Positions 1-12,499 of a stretch of DNA of 64,000 nucleotides are shown piece by piece. The notes beneath the pieces were generated by a model. That model was not told the DNA's origin. It saw nothing but the letters and a program-made list of their open reading frames with translations, and did no database searches. A program made the translations under genes and the position numbers. Source of the DNA: Thermoanaerobaculia bacterium (GTDB lineage: Bacteria > Acidobacteriota > Thermoanaerobaculia > Gp7-AA8). The stretch spans positions 778 through 64,777 of the forward strand of contig DASXRT010000089.1 in the NCBI GenBank assembly GCA_036506455.1. Reading direction: 5' to 3'. Positions within the stretch are counted from its first letter, which is position 1. Every line of letters begins with the position of its first letter.

Positions 1-1
1 C

Positions 2-2048
<2,047 letters not shown>

Positions 2049-2052
2049 CAAA

Positions 2053-2475
2053 ATGGCCGACCAGATTCCGCCGCTTCCGACGAAGATCAATCTCACGGTC
2101 GTCACGCGTGAGCGAAAGATCCTCGATGCCGAGACCGATGAGGTCGTGCTGCCGGCAACAGATGGAGAGATCGGCGTCCTTCCTGGTCACACACCGCTCC
2201 TGGCGATGCTGAAAGTCGGGCAGATGCGTTTCCGTCAGGGGACGACGTTCGAGCGGCTCGTCATCTCCTGGGGATTCGCCGAGGTGCTGCCGGATCGCGT
2301 GATCGTGCTGGCGGAGCGTGGATTCCTACCCGAAGAGATCGATCCGGCGAAGGCAGAAGAGCAGAAGCGGGAGGCTGAAAGGGAGATGGCTTATCTCGCC
2401 TCGCACGACCCCGAGTTCGCGATCGTCGAGGGCCGCCTCGAAGAATCGATCGCGATGATCAACATCCATCGCTAA
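2053..2475 (+). CDS. atpC: ATP synthase F1 epsilon subunit
   Basis: 140 aa with an N-terminal beta-sandwich-like region and a C-terminal helical region. Starts 5 nt after the atpD stop. Confidence 0.9.
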   Translation: MADQIPPLPTKINLTVVTRERKILDAETDEVVLPATDGEIGVLPGHTPLLAMLKVGQMRFRQGTTFERLVISWGFAEVLPDRVIVLAERGFLPEEIDPAKAEEQKREAEREMAYLASHDPEFAIVEGRLEESIAMINIHR

Positions 2476-2485
2476 AATCGATTCA

Positions 2486-3151
2486 ATGGATCCGTGGCTG
2501 GAGAGCTTCGCGCGCGCGAATTTCCTGCGCAGCGCCGACACCGCGCACGATCTGAAGACTCCGCTCAACGTCGCCGTGCTCAATCTGGAGTTGTTGCGCA
2601 TGCGCATGCGCAAGCTCACGGACGGCTCCGACGATCCGAAACTGATCGAGTACGCGAGCTCCATCGAGATCGAGCTCCGGCGCATGGCTCGGATCTTCGA
2701 CACATTCTTTCTCCTCTCCACGCCGCCGAAGGGCGAACAGGTGCCGGTCGCTGTCGACGTCGTAGCGATTTGTGTCGAGGAGGCGAAGACAGCCGGAGTG
2801 AACGTCGAAGGAATCGCATTGGCGTCCGTCATCGCGCACGAGCCGAGAATCCGGCAGGCGTTTCGGCTGTTCTTCGAGGGAGCGGCAAGACTTTTTCCGA
2901 CTGGAAACCTCCGAGCGGTCGTGGCACGCGATGCTGAGCGTGTCAAGGTGACCTTGTCGGGGCCTCCGCCGTCCGAAGATTTTGAGCCGTCCAAGATTTT
3001 CAAGTTCTATTACACAGACCCGCTCGGCAATGCCGATCTGTCGCTTGCCACCGCACGTCTGATCGTCGAGACGTATGGTGGTGAGCTGAAGGCTGAGCAG
3101 GAAAGTGATAAGGTCGTATTACGGTTATCGGTCCCACTGGGTGAAGAATGA
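2486..3151 (+). CDS. Sensorless histidine-kinase core (DHp + degenerate ATPase domain)
   Basis: H-box HDLKTPLN at residue ~21; only ~20 aa lie N-terminal to the phospho-His, so there is no sensor or TM domain. C-terminal HATPase-like region lacks a canonical DxGxG G1 box (SGPPPSEDFEP instead). ATGA overlap with the downstream response regulator. Confidence 0.7.
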   Translation: MDPWLESFARANFLRSADTAHDLKTPLNVAVLNLELLRMRMRKLTDGSDDPKLIEYASSIEIELRRMARIFDTFFLLSTPPKGEQVPVAVDVVAICVEEAKTAGVNVEGIALASVIAHEPRIRQAFRLFFEGAARLFPTGNLRAVVARDAERVKVTLSGPPPSEDFEPSKIFKFYYTDPLGNADLSLATARLIVETYGGELKAEQESDKVVLRLSVPLGEE

Positions 3152-4524
3152 AGAGAGTCCTCATCGTTGACGATGATCGGGCCACGAGCGCCGGCATGGC
3201 GGACGTGGTCGAAGAGTGGGGGTATGAGCCGGAGGTCGCGGACACGGTCAAGGCCGGTTGGAACGCGGTTTCCAAGCTCGTCCCCGACGTGGCCATCGTT
3301 GATTTGAAGTTGCCCGATGGATCGGGCCTCGATCTGCTCCATCGCATCAAGGAAAGCTACCCCGACGTCTCCGTCGTGATCCTCACCGGCCACGCGACCG
3401 TCGATTCCGCGGTCAAGGCCCTGAAGGTTGGCGCCGAAGATTACGTGACCAAGCCGGTCGACCTGCCGCGTCTGCAGGTCATCCTCAAGACCGTCGAAGA
3501 CAAGCAGATGATGAAGCAGGAGATCCTGGAGCTTCGTCGTCAGCTCCAGAAGATGGGCGCTCTCGGCCATCTCGTCGGCAAGTCGCCGCGGATGCAGAAG
3601 CTCTTCGAAGAGATCGAGATGGTCGCGAACACCGACGCCAACGTGTTCATCGTTGGCGAATCGGGTTCGGGCAAAGAGGTCGTCGCCAACACGATTCATT
3701 CGCTCTCGCGTCGGAAGATGAAGCCCTTCATCGCGTTCAACTGCGGCGCGATCTCGCCGACGCTCATCGAGTCGGAGATCTTCGGCCACGAGAAGGGCGC
3801 GTTCACGAACGCGATCAAGCGCCGCGAGGGCTACTTCGAGCTGGCCAAGGGCGGCACGGTGTTTCTCGATGAGATCACGGAGATGCCGATCGAGTTGCAG
3901 GTGAAACTCCTGCGCGTGCTCGAGGAGTCGAAGTTCCGCCGCGTCGGCGGAAATGAAGAGATCACGATCGATGCTCGCATCATCGCCGCCTCGAACCGCG
4001 ATCCGCAGAAGGCGATCGGCGACGGCAAGCTGCGCGAGGACCTCTACTACCGGCTGAATGTGTTCCCGATCGAAGTGCCACCGCTGCGCGAGCGGTTGGA
4101 GGACATCCCCCTGTTCGCCCATTTCTTCCTGCAGAAGCTGAACGAGACCGAAGAGAAGAAGGTCGAGAACATCGAAGGCGACTTCGTCGAGGCGCTGCAG
4201 CAGTACGAGTGGCCGGGTAACGTCCGCGAGCTGCGCAACGTCATCAATCGCGCGTTCATCATGGCCCGCACCAACACGCTCACCGTCGAGTGCCTCCCCG
4301 ACAAGCTCCTCGGCGCGCGGAAGCGGCGCTCGAAGAACGCGGTCACGATTCCTCTCGGTCAGCCGATGGAAGAGGTTGAGCGTCTCATCATCGAAGAGAC
4401 GCTGCATATGACCGACGGCGACCGCCGCAAGACCGCTGAAATCCTCGGCATCTCGTACAAGACGCTCTACAACAAGACGAAAAAGTACAAGGCCGCGGGC
4501 CCGGAAGACGATGACGAGGAGTAG
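3148..4524 (+). CDS. Sigma-54-dependent two-component response regulator (NtrC family)
   Basis: Receiver domain (VLIVDDD…D54-like DLKLPDGSG). AAA+ sigma-54 interaction domain with Walker A GESGSGKE and a GAFTNA variant of GAFTGA. C-terminal Fis-type HTH. Confidence 0.9.
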   Translation: MKRVLIVDDDRATSAGMADVVEEWGYEPEVADTVKAGWNAVSKLVPDVAIVDLKLPDGSGLDLLHRIKESYPDVSVVILTGHATVDSAVKALKVGAEDYVTKPVDLPRLQVILKTVEDKQMMKQEILELRRQLQKMGALGHLVGKSPRMQKLFEEIEMVANTDANVFIVGESGSGKEVVANTIHSLSRRKMKPFIAFNCGAISPTLIESEIFGHEKGAFTNAIKRREGYFELAKGGTVFLDEITEMPIELQVKLLRVLEESKFRRVGGNEEITIDARIIAASNRDPQKAIGDGKLREDLYYRLNVFPIEVPPLRERLEDIPLFAHFFLQKLNETEEKKVENIEGDFVEALQQYEWPGNVRELRNVINRAFIMARTNTLTVECLPDKLLGARKRRSKNAVTIPLGQPMEEVERLIIEETLHMTDGDRRKTAEILGISYKTLYNKTKKYKAAGPEDDDEE

Positions 4525-4607
4525 CGGTGCTCGGTGCTCAGTGCTAAGTGCTCGGAGATGCAGCGAGTTACGGAGCACTGAGCACCGAGCACTAAGCACT
4601 TCCTCGG
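4525..4607. repeat. Imperfect long hairpin built from GTGCTCN heptad repeats (4 direct heptads, then 4 inverted GAGCACY heptads)
   Basis: Seen directly: cggtgctcg gtgctca gtgctaa gtgctcgg … cggagcact gagcacc gagcact aagcact. About 24 of 30 positions pair. Begins 1 nt after the regulator stop; no U-tract follows. Confidence 0.6.
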
Positions 4608-4645
4608 AATAACCGCGTACAGTTAGTCAGTTCCGCGGCCACTGC

Positions 4646-7066
4646 ATGGCAAAGAATCTGGTCATCGTCGAATCGCCTGCCAAGGCGAAAACGATCAACA
4701 AGTTCATCGGGAAGGACTATGTCGTCAAAGCTTCCGTTGGACATGTGCGCGATCTGCCCAAGAGTGAGCTGGGCGTCGACGAAGAGACTTTCGAGCCGAC
4801 CTACGAGGTGCTCGAAGGTAAAGAGAAGGTCGTCAGCGAGCTGAGAGCGGCGGCGAAAAAGGCCGACACCATCTACATCGCGTCCGATCCTGACCGCGAA
4901 GGGGAGGCGATCGGCTGGCACGTAATGAACCTGATCGACCGCGAATCAAAGAAAAAGGTTCGTCGCGTCCTCTTCCACGAGATCACGAAGAACGCCGTGA
5001 AGAAGGCGATGGAGAAGCCGGGCGAGATCGACATGAACAAGGTCAACGCCCAGCAGGCGCGTCGCGTTCTGGACCGCCTCGTCGGCTACAAGCTCTCACC
5101 ACTGCTGTGGGACAAGGTGCGGCGCGGCCTCTCCGCCGGCCGCGTGCAGTCCGTGGCGATGAAGATGATCGTCGACCGCGAAGAAGAGATCAAAGCATTC
5201 AATCCCGTGGAGTACTGGACATTCGCGGCGAAGCTCGAGGCGAAAACGCCGCCGCCGTTCGTCGCCAAACTCACCAAGGTCGAGGGCAAGAAGGCCGAGG
5301 TTCCGAACGAGGAGCTGGCGCGAAAGATCGAGGCGCAGCTCAAGAAGGGCGACTTCGTCGTCGAGACCGTCACGCGCAAGGAGAAGTCGCGTCACGCGAT
5401 GCCGCCGTTCATCACATCTACGCTTCAGCGGGCCGTATACAACCGCTACAAGTATCCGGTGAAGCGCACGATGCAGATCGCGCAGAAGCTCTATGAAGGC
5501 AAAGAGCTCGGCGCCGACGGTCTCGTCGGTCTCATCACCTACATGCGCACCGATTCCGTCCGCGTTTCCGACGATGCGCTGACCGAAGTGCGCGCGTACG
5601 TCGCTGGCAAGTACGGAACCGACAGCATTCCGGAAAAACCGAACTACTACAAGGTGAAGAAAGCAGCTCAGGCGCAGGAAGCGCACGAAGCGATCCGTCC
5701 GACTTCGACGGAGTTCGATCCCGAGAGGATCAAGGACTTTCTCACGAAAGAGGAATACAACATCTACAAGATCATCTTCGATCGCTTCGTCGCATCGCAG
5801 ATGATGCCCGCCATCTTCGACGCCACCGACGTCGACATCCGGTCCGGCAATCTCACGCTACGCGCATCAGGCGAAGTTCTGAAGTTCGCCGGCTTCCTCG
5901 CCGTCTTCCAGGATGGAACAGTCGCCGAGGAGGACGACGAAGAGAAGGCTGATGAAAAGGCGCTGCCGCCGATGAACGAAGGCGAGAAGCTCAAGCTCCT
6001 CGACCTCGAGACGAAGCAGAACTTCACGCAACCGCCTCCGCGCTTTACCGAGGCGACACTGGTGAAGGCGCTGGAGGAGAACGGGATTGGCCGCCCATCG
6101 ACGTACGGTCAGATCATGACCACGATCCAGACCCGCGACTACACCTACAAGCACGAAGGCAAGTTCCACCCCACGCACCTCGGCGTCATCGTGACGATGC
6201 TGCTCAAGCAATCGTTCGGCGACATCATCGACGAGAAGTACACCGCGCGTCTCGAAGAGGAGCTCGACGAGATCGAGGAAGGAAAGCTCCAGTGGACTGA
6301 CGCGATGAAGGAATTCGCCGTCAAGTTCAACGTCGATCTCGAGCGGGCCAAGACCGACATGATGCAGGTCAAAGGCGAGGGCATCGCCACCGATGAGATC
6401 TGCGAGACCTGCGGCGCGCCGATGGTCATCAAGTTCGGCCGCTTCGGTGAGTTTCTGGCCTGCTCGAATTACCCCGAATGCAAGACGACGAAGGAGATCG
6501 CCAAGGGCGATGCCGCTGACGCGGGGGACGACACGATCATCTGCGAGAAGTGCGGCCGGGGAATGACGCTGAAGCGATCGCGCTTCGGCCAGTTCTTCGC
6601 CTGCAGCGGCTATCCGGAGTGCAAGAACACGAAGGATCCGCGGCTTTTGAAAGCGAACATCCCGACTGAGCCGCAGCCGCCGTGCGAAAACTGCGGCAAG
6701 GAGATGGTGCTCAAGACCGGCCGCTACGGTCCGTTCTACTCTTGCTCCGGGTATCCCGACTGCCGCAACATCCGCAAGATCGGCGGAGGGAAATCAGTTC
6801 CGCCGAAGCCGACCGGAGTGAAGTGTCCGACGTGCGGCGAAGGCGAGTTGCTCGAGCGCCGTTCACGCCGGGGCATCTTCTACTCCTGCTCGCGCTATCC
6901 GAAGTGCGACTTCGCGCTGAACAGCCGTCCGGTGCCGCGTCCCTGCCCCAAGTGCGGCGCACCGTATCTACTCGAGAAGACGACCAAGCGTGAGGGTCAC
7001 ATCGAGTACTGCAACAATCCGAATTGCGATTACCGGCAGCCGATCGCAAACGTGGCCACCGCCTAG
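4646..7066 (+). CDS. topA: DNA topoisomerase I
   Basis: N-terminal TOPRIM MAKNLVIVESPAKAKTI, an active-site Tyr region, and a C-terminal tail with tandem C4 zinc ribbons (the first few as CxxC…CSxYPxC, the last as CxxC…CxxC). Confidence 0.95.
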   Translation: MAKNLVIVESPAKAKTINKFIGKDYVVKASVGHVRDLPKSELGVDEETFEPTYEVLEGKEKVVSELRAAAKKADTIYIASDPDREGEAIGWHVMNLIDRESKKKVRRVLFHEITKNAVKKAMEKPGEIDMNKVNAQQARRVLDRLVGYKLSPLLWDKVRRGLSAGRVQSVAMKMIVDREEEIKAFNPVEYWTFAAKLEAKTPPPFVAKLTKVEGKKAEVPNEELARKIEAQLKKGDFVVETVTRKEKSRHAMPPFITSTLQRAVYNRYKYPVKRTMQIAQKLYEGKELGADGLVGLITYMRTDSVRVSDDALTEVRAYVAGKYGTDSIPEKPNYYKVKKAAQAQEAHEAIRPTSTEFDPERIKDFLTKEEYNIYKIIFDRFVASQMMPAIFDATDVDIRSGNLTLRASGEVLKFAGFLAVFQDGTVAEEDDEEKADEKALPPMNEGEKLKLLDLETKQNFTQPPPRFTEATLVKALEENGIGRPSTYGQIMTTIQTRDYTYKHEGKFHPTHLGVIVTMLLKQSFGDIIDEKYTARLEEELDEIEEGKLQWTDAMKEFAVKFNVDLERAKTDMMQVKGEGIATDEICETCGAPMVIKFGRFGEFLACSNYPECKTTKEIAKGDAADAGDDTIICEKCGRGMTLKRSRFGQFFACSGYPECKNTKDPRLLKANIPTEPQPPCENCGKEMVLKTGRYGPFYSCSGYPDCRNIRKIGGGKSVPPKPTGVKCPTCGEGELLERRSRRGIFYSCSRYPKCDFALNSRPVPRPCPKCGAPYLLEKTTKREGHIEYCNNPNCDYRQPIANVATA

Positions 7067-7698
7067 AAGAATCCGCCGTAGATATCCGTCCAGAGGTGAG
7101 CGAGCATGCCCGGAACGAGGCTTCGCCGCCACCACGCGAGCAATCCAAACATCGCGCCGTACACGCTGATACCGATCATCGGCTTCACACCCTGATAACC
7201 GTGTGATGCGCCGAAGATGATCGCTTGAAGAACCACGCCGGCGGCGACGCTCTGCGTCCAAGCCGCAAACTGGCGCTGAAAATAGCCGCGGAAGACGGTC
7301 TCTTCGACAACGCCGGCCACGATCGATACGGCGACCCAGGCCACCTTCTCGCCGATGCTTTGAGGCGTAAGTCCCATCGTCCGGTCATCGACGCCGCCGA
7401 GTGCGCGTTTCAACGCGATCATGGCGTAGCGCGCGACGAACCAGAATGCCGCCGCGGTCAGGATGTCGATCGGCGCGACACGCCCGATCAGGTCGCGAAG
7501 CGCCACACCGCTGAGACCCGACACGACGTACCACAACAGCAACGTCTCCGCACCGATGACTGAAACGTAGAGAACGATGCGATGCTGCGGCGCCCGGCCC
7601 GCCGGCCGCTGCGCATTCGCGCGGTACGTTGAAACGCTGAGGGCGGCGAGAATGATCAGAAGAATAACCGTGTGGCGCGCTCTGGCGACTGGCTTCAT
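7063..7698 (-). CDS. CPBP-family (CAAX/Abi-like) intramembrane metalloprotease
   Basis: Multi-TM protein with an EETVFRGY (EExxxR) motif and a FGASHGY (FxxxH) motif, typical of the CPBP family. Confidence 0.7.
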   Translation of the reverse strand: MKPVARARHTVILLIILAALSVSTYRANAQRPAGRAPQHRIVLYVSVIGAETLLLWYVVSGLSGVALRDLIGRVAPIDILTAAAFWFVARYAMIALKRALGGVDDRTMGLTPQSIGEKVAWVAVSIVAGVVEETVFRGYFQRQFAAWTQSVAAGVVLQAIIFGASHGYQGVKPMIGISVYGAMFGLLAWWRRSLVPGMLAHLWTDIYGGFF

Positions 7699-7902
7699 GC
7701 CGTCAACCTTAGCGCCTGCGGCACCGGGTCACCGATACACGAGAATCGTCAGGCCTGCGGCATGCCGCGGGTCGCCAAGCGTAATATCGGCGGCGTAGTG
7801 CGGTGCGAGCGCCTGTGGCGACAAGTCACCTTCTCATGGAAGAGCGGCCAGCCGAGTTCGCGAATCTAGTCGGCGATTTCCTGGCCCAGGCCGTGCCTGA
7901 AC

Positions 7903-8556
7903 ATGCCGATGAATGGACACGTCATGCCCGCGTATGAAATCCCGAAATCCCTGCTGCGGCTCGGCGCGATTGCCAGTATCGCGGCCGGCATACTGATCAC
8001 GACCGGCTTCGCTCTTCACCCCGCAGGTGAAGACGCCACGTACGGCACCGATCCGTTTTGGGTACCTGCGCATGGCGTTCTTTGGCTCGCGTTCGTTGTG
8101 GCGCTGCTCGGATGGATCGCGGTGTATGTCGTGCAGGCGTCGAGCGCTGGCCGCTTGGGCGTTGTGGCGTTCGTTGTCGTCATCGTCGGAACGAGCCTCG
8201 CCTCGTGGATCTTCAGCAGTGATGTAGCCTTCGTTCCCGTGATCGCCGCGGAATCTCCGGGCCTGTTCAAGAAAATCTTCACTCCTCCGCATCTCGTCCT
8301 TGGCCTGGTGAGTGTCTTGAGCTGGGTCGCAGGAGTCGTCTTGTTCGGCGTTTCGGTGATTCGCGCGAAGGTGTTTCGTCGAAGCGCCGGTGTTCTGCTC
8401 GCGATCGGACCGGTGATCATTCCCATCGCCTATCTCTCCGGTCTTTCGGTGAGATTTGTAGCGATCGGCGGGGGAATCATGGCCGCAGGCCAGATATGGC
8501 TCGGCTATGACCTACTCCGCATGCTCGGGCGATCGACCGCTGGCCATACCCGATGA
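7903..8556 (+). CDS. Hypothetical polytopic membrane protein
   Basis: Six or more hydrophobic segments and no recognisable catalytic motif. ATG at 7921 is an alternative start. Confidence 0.5.
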   Translation: MPMNGHVMPAYEIPKSLLRLGAIASIAAGILITTGFALHPAGEDATYGTDPFWVPAHGVLWLAFVVALLGWIAVYVVQASSAGRLGVVAFVVVIVGTSLASWIFSSDVAFVPVIAAESPGLFKKIFTPPHLVLGLVSVLSWVAGVVLFGVSVIRAKVFRRSAGVLLAIGPVIIPIAYLSGLSVRFVAIGGGIMAAGQIWLGYDLLRMLGRSTAGHTR

Positions 8557-8566
8557 GGTCGCAACG

Positions 8567-9676
8567 TCATTTGTTCGCGAGGAACCGCCGCACCGGATCG
8601 GTGATCAGGTCGTAGTCGATCAGAAACGTGTCGTGTCCATTGGTCGACGAGATGCGCTCGTGATGCACGGTGCTTCCGGCGGCGCGCATCCCCTGTTCCA
8701 CGCGGTTGACCGACCACACCGGGAACAACCAATCGGTATCGAACGAGACGAGAAGACTCCTCCCACGCCACTGCGCGAACGCAGCCTCGGCTGAACCGTA
8801 TTGTTCCTCGAGGTCCATCTCGTCCATCGCCGCCTGCACGCGCATGTACGAGTTCGCGTCGTACGATGCGGCGAACTTCTTCCCCTGATATTCGAAATAC
8901 GAATCGATCTCGAACTGCCGCGTGTTGCCTCGGCGGCGCCGTCCGAATTTCCGCTGGAGAGCTTCGCCCGAAAGATAGGTCATGTGACCGACCATGCGTG
9001 CGACCTGGAGGCCGCGCAGTGGCTCGGGATCGTCGTAGTAATCGCCGCCGTGAAAGCGCTGATCCGATTCGATGATCTTGCGGCCGATGATGTGCCAGGC
9101 GATGCCGGTCACGGGTACGGCGGCACCGGCGGCCATGCTGATGATCGAATCCATGAATGTCGGATAGAGAGCGCACCACATCAATACCTGCATGCCGCCA
9201 AGCGAGCCTCCGGCGATCGATTGCAGATGCGTAATGCCGAGGTGATCGAGGACGCGCTTCTGGGAGTGGACCATGTCTTCGATCGTCGGCCACGGATAGC
9301 GCGAGCCGTACGGCTTTCCGGTCACCGGATTGATCGATTGCGGTGCGGTCGTGCCGAACGGCGATCCGGGAAGATTCACGCAAACGACGAAGTACTTCTC
9401 GAGATCGATTCCTTTGCCGTAGCCGACCAGGCCGTCCCACCACCCGGGCCGCTCGTCTTCGTCGTCCGTATATTTGCCGGCGGCGTGTGCGCTCGCCGAG
9501 AGCGCGTGGCAGACGAGGATCGCGTTCGACTTCGCCGCGTTCAGCTCGCCGAAGGTCTCGTAGACAATCGTGAATGGCGCGATCGTCTCACCGTGCGTGA
9601 ATCGGAACCCGTCCGGCAGAACGAGGTCCCTCGGTGGCGCGGAGATGAACGTGTTCTGGAGGATCTGCGGCCGCAT
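8567..9676 (-). CDS. metX: Homoserine O-acetyltransferase
   Basis: Alpha/beta-hydrolase MetX signature GGSLGGMQ (nucleophile Ser) and a conserved HD…F region near the C-terminus. Full length, 369 aa. Confidence 0.9.
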   Translation of the reverse strand: MRPQILQNTFISAPPRDLVLPDGFRFTHGETIAPFTIVYETFGELNAAKSNAILVCHALSASAHAAGKYTDDEDERPGWWDGLVGYGKGIDLEKYFVVCVNLPGSPFGTTAPQSINPVTGKPYGSRYPWPTIEDMVHSQKRVLDHLGITHLQSIAGGSLGGMQVLMWCALYPTFMDSIISMAAGAAVPVTGIAWHIIGRKIIESDQRFHGGDYYDDPEPLRGLQVARMVGHMTYLSGEALQRKFGRRRRGNTRQFEIDSYFEYQGKKFAASYDANSYMRVQAAMDEMDLEEQYGSAEAAFAQWRGRSLLVSFDTDWLFPVWSVNRVEQGMRAAGSTVHHERISSTNGHDTFLIDYDLITDPVRRFLANK

Positions 9677-9677
9677 C

Positions 9678-9869
9678 TCAAGTCTCGGGAGCGCGCGGAA
9701 TGACGATCCATAGAATCACATAAACGAACGCACCCGGGAATGCCGCCGATAATATCGAGAACAGAACATAGAGGACGCGCACTCGCGTCGCACTCCACCC
9801 GAGCGCTTCTGCGATTCCTCCGCAAACGCCGCCGATGATGCTGTCACGCCGTGAACGATAGAGAGGCAT
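9678..9869 (-). CDS. PspC-domain small membrane protein
   Basis: RDSIIGGVCGGIAEALG matches the PspC domain core, followed by a single TM segment. Spacing to the flanking ligase and metX genes is 1–2 nt. Confidence 0.7.
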   Translation of the reverse strand: MPLYRSRRDSIIGGVCGGIAEALGWSATRVRVLYVLFSILSAAFPGAFVYVILWIVIPRAPET

Positions 9870-9871
9870 AT

Positions 9872-11509
9872 TTACTCCTCGCTCTTCGATCCTTCTTCAC
9901 GCTTCAGTTGCCCTTCGTAGATACGGCGAACTTCGTCAATGGTTGATATCTGATCGACTGTCTTGTCGTCGCGGATGCGGGCGATGCGCGGAAACCTCAT
10001 CGCATAGCCGGATTTGTGACGCTTCGATTCCTGAATGCGATCGAAAGCAATTTCCAGCACGATCTGTGGCTCGACCTTCAATACTGACCCATAGCGCTCG
10101 ATCGTCGTCTTCTTGAAATGCTCGGTCAGTAGTGCGATCTCGGCATCGGTCAGCCCTGAATACGCTTTGCCGATGTTGAGCAACTCGCCGTCGCGACTGA
10201 CCGCGAATGTGACATCGGAAAGCACTCCGCGGCGTTTGCCGTGTCCGTATTCTGCGTACGTGACGACGCAGTCGAGAGTCGCCAGCGCCTTCTTGTACTT
10301 CAGCCACGATTTGCCGCGCCGCCCCGGTGTGTAAAACGAGTTCGGATCCTTCACCACAAGCCCTTCGTTCGCGCGCGCGCGTGAGGCATCGAAAATCTCG
10401 TCGACGTGTGCCGCATCGCGCACGACCGACTGGTCGCTGAGCCGAATCGGCTCGACGTTCTTCACGATCTCCCGCATTCGTGCGAGTCGCTCATGCAACG
10501 TCACTTCGAACAACGGTTCCCCATCGAGAAAGACCAGGTCGAACGCGAAGAATGCCACCGGCGCTTCAGACAACAACTTCTCGCTGATCTTTTTTCGTCC
10601 GAGACGGGTCTGAATGATCGCGAAGGGCAGGATGCGATCGCTGAACGCGACGATCTCGCCGTCGAGGATCACGCTGTGGCCGAGCCGTTTCGCTGCCGCC
10701 TCGATCTCCGGAAACCTGTGCGTGACGTTGTCGAGCGTGCGCGAGTAGATGCGCACCTCTCCGCCGCCCGTGTGAATCTGGGCGCGGATGCCGTCGTATT
10801 TGTCGTCGGCAAATGCGCCAGCGCCCAGAGCAGCCACGATCTCCTCCGGATCTTCCTCCGGCTGTGCCAGCATGAATGCGAACGGATGAAAGAGCGACAT
10901 CTTCGCGCTCTCGAGCGCATCGCTCTTCGCCAGGAGCGCGGTCGCGCCGATGTCGCCGGTGAACATGTTCGCGCGACGTACCGGCTCGAGCTTGCGGCCG
11001 AACGTTTTCGCAATCGCCGACTCCACGAGGCCTTCCTGCAGACCGATGCGCAGCTCTCCGCCCAGGATCTTGACGATGAAGCGCGCGCCCTGCGCGTCGA
11101 CCTTACGCAGAAGATCGGCGAGGGCCGCTTTCTTCTCTGACGGTGTCGCTGCCGCGGCGATGCGATCGAAGTGCTCGCCGACTTCGGACAGCGTGATCGT
11201 TCGCGTGGGATCGTTCGGGAAATGCTCGGCGACAGTGTCGCCCGCATCGCCATACTTCGACCACGATGACCAGATCTCATCGGGACTGCGCCCGGTCACT
11301 TCGGCAACGGCGTCGCTGATCGCCGCGCCGCCGATGCCGGTCACGCGTTCGTCGCGGCGCGGAAATGGTGAGCCCGAGAAAAACACGACCGCGCGCTCGA
11401 GCGAAGCATCGTCGAGCGTGACGAGGTAATCGGCGAGGAGACGCTCCTTCACGCTCTTTTTCGTCGTCTGTGAGATCGCGTTGGCCACGGCCGTGAAGTC
11501 GGAAAGCAT
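9872..11509 (-). CDS. ATP-dependent DNA ligase
   Basis: Adenylation motif [11 protein letters not shown] (KxDG) and motifs consistent with a nucleotidyltransferase plus OB fold. 545 aa. Confidence 0.85.
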   Translation of the reverse strand: MLSDFTAVANAISQTTKKSVKERLLADYLVTLDDASLERAVVFFSGSPFPRRDERVTGIGGAAISDAVAEVTGRSPDEIWSSWSKYGDAGDTVAEHFPNDPTRTITLSEVGEHFDRIAAAATPSEKKAALADLLRKVDAQGARFIVKILGGELRIGLQEGLVESAIAKTFGRKLEPVRRANMFTGDIGATALLAKSDALESAKMSLFHPFAFMLAQPEEDPEEIVAALGAGAFADDKYDGIRAQIHTGGGEVRIYSRTLDNVTHRFPEIEAAAKRLGHSVILDGEIVAFSDRILPFAIIQTRLGRKKISEKLLSEAPVAFFAFDLVFLDGEPLFEVTLHERLARMREIVKNVEPIRLSDQSVVRDAAHVDEIFDASRARANEGLVVKDPNSFYTPGRRGKSWLKYKKALATLDCVVTYAEYGHGKRRGVLSDVTFAVSRDGELLNIGKAYSGLTDAEIALLTEHFKKTTIERYGSVLKVEPQIVLEIAFDRIQESKRHKSGYAMRFPRIARIRDDKTVDQISTIDEVRRIYEGQLKREEGSKSEE

Positions 11510-11547
11510 GGGATAAAATCCGCGCGCCTTTCAGCGAGGTGGATTGT

Positions 11548-12477
11548 ATGAAAACGAAAGTCACGGTCGTCGGCGGCGGAAACGTCGGAGCGACGGTTGC
11601 GCAGGGCATCGCGCTCAAAGAGCTGGCTGACGTTGTGCTCGTCGACATCATCGAAGGCGTTCCGCAGGGAAAAGCGCTCGACATGATGGAAACGGCACCC
11701 GTGGAAAAGTACGACTCCGTCCTTCGCGGCACGAACAGCTACGACGGAACGGAGAACTCCGACGTCGTCGTCATCACCGCCGGTCTACCTCGCAAGCCGG
11801 GCATGAGCCGCGACGATCTCCTATGGAAAAATGAGGAGATCGTCGGCCAGGTGACGACGGAGATCGTCCGCCGATCGCGGAACTGCATCATCGTCGTGGT
11901 CTCGAATCCGCTCGACGCGATGTGCGAAGTCGCGCGGCGCGTCTCGAAGTTTCCCCGTGAGCGCGTCATCGGCATGGCCGGCGTGCTCGACTCCGCGCGC
12001 ATGCGCACCTTCATCGCCATGGAGCTCAATGTCTCCGTCGAGAACACGCACGCCTTCGTTCTCGGCGGCCACGGCGACACGATGGTGCCGCTGCCGCGCT
12101 ACTCTACAGTCGCTGGAATTCCGATCACCGAGTTGATGTCCAAAGATAAGATCGACGCGATCGTGGATCGAACCCGGAATGGCGGCGCGGAGATCGTCAA
12201 CCTGCTGAAGACGTCAGCGTGGTACGCGCCAGGCGCCGCGGCCGTCGAAATGGTCGAGGCGATTCTGAAAGACAAGCGCAAGATTCTTCCCTGCGCCGCA
12301 TATCTCCAGGGCGAGTACGGCTACACAGGCCTGTTCGTGGGAGTGCCGGTGAAGCTCGGCCGCAATGGACTCGAACAGGTGATCGAGATCAAACTGACGA
12401 ACGATGAAAAGGTCGCGCTGGACAAGTCGGCCGCGGCCGTAAAAGAGCTCGTGGAGAAGCTGAAGACGGCCGCATAA
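11548..12477 (+). CDS. mdh: Malate dehydrogenase (LDH-like type)
   Basis: Rossmann motif [12 protein letters not shown]; active-site region with an LDH/MDH-family catalytic His-Gly dipeptide; a conserved …DAMC… segment. ATG at 11548 follows a GAGGTGG RBS; the ORF-track start at 11539 is GTG. Confidence 0.9.
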   Translation: MKTKVTVVGGGNVGATVAQGIALKELADVVLVDIIEGVPQGKALDMMETAPVEKYDSVLRGTNSYDGTENSDVVVITAGLPRKPGMSRDDLLWKNEEIVGQVTTEIVRRSRNCIIVVVSNPLDAMCEVARRVSKFPRERVIGMAGVLDSARMRTFIAMELNVSVENTHAFVLGGHGDTMVPLPRYSTVAGIPITELMSKDKIDAIVDRTRNGGAEIVNLLKTSAWYAPGAAAVEMVEAILKDKRKILPCAAYLQGEYGYTGLFVGVPVKLGRNGLEQVIEIKLTNDEKVALDKSAAAVKELVEKLKTAA

Positions 12478-12499
12478 CGTACAATAACCACATCCCAAC

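Noticed and set aside
2921-2937. TGGCACG-N4-GCTG sigma-54-like match
   Set aside because: It is inside the kinase coding region and has a poor -12 element.
7866-7882. TGGCCC-N5-GTGC weak sigma-54-like match upstream of the 7903 gene, and a GGTGCC-N5-CGCT match upstream of the CPBP gene
   Set aside because: The -12 elements are degenerate and the spacing to the start codons is too short for a leader plus RBS.
7699-7902. The window's longest intergenic gaps (also 43278–43401 and 52967–53098) screened for tRNA or small RNA
   Set aside because: No tRNA-like T-arm (GGTTCGAATCC-type) or cloverleaf symmetry was seen.
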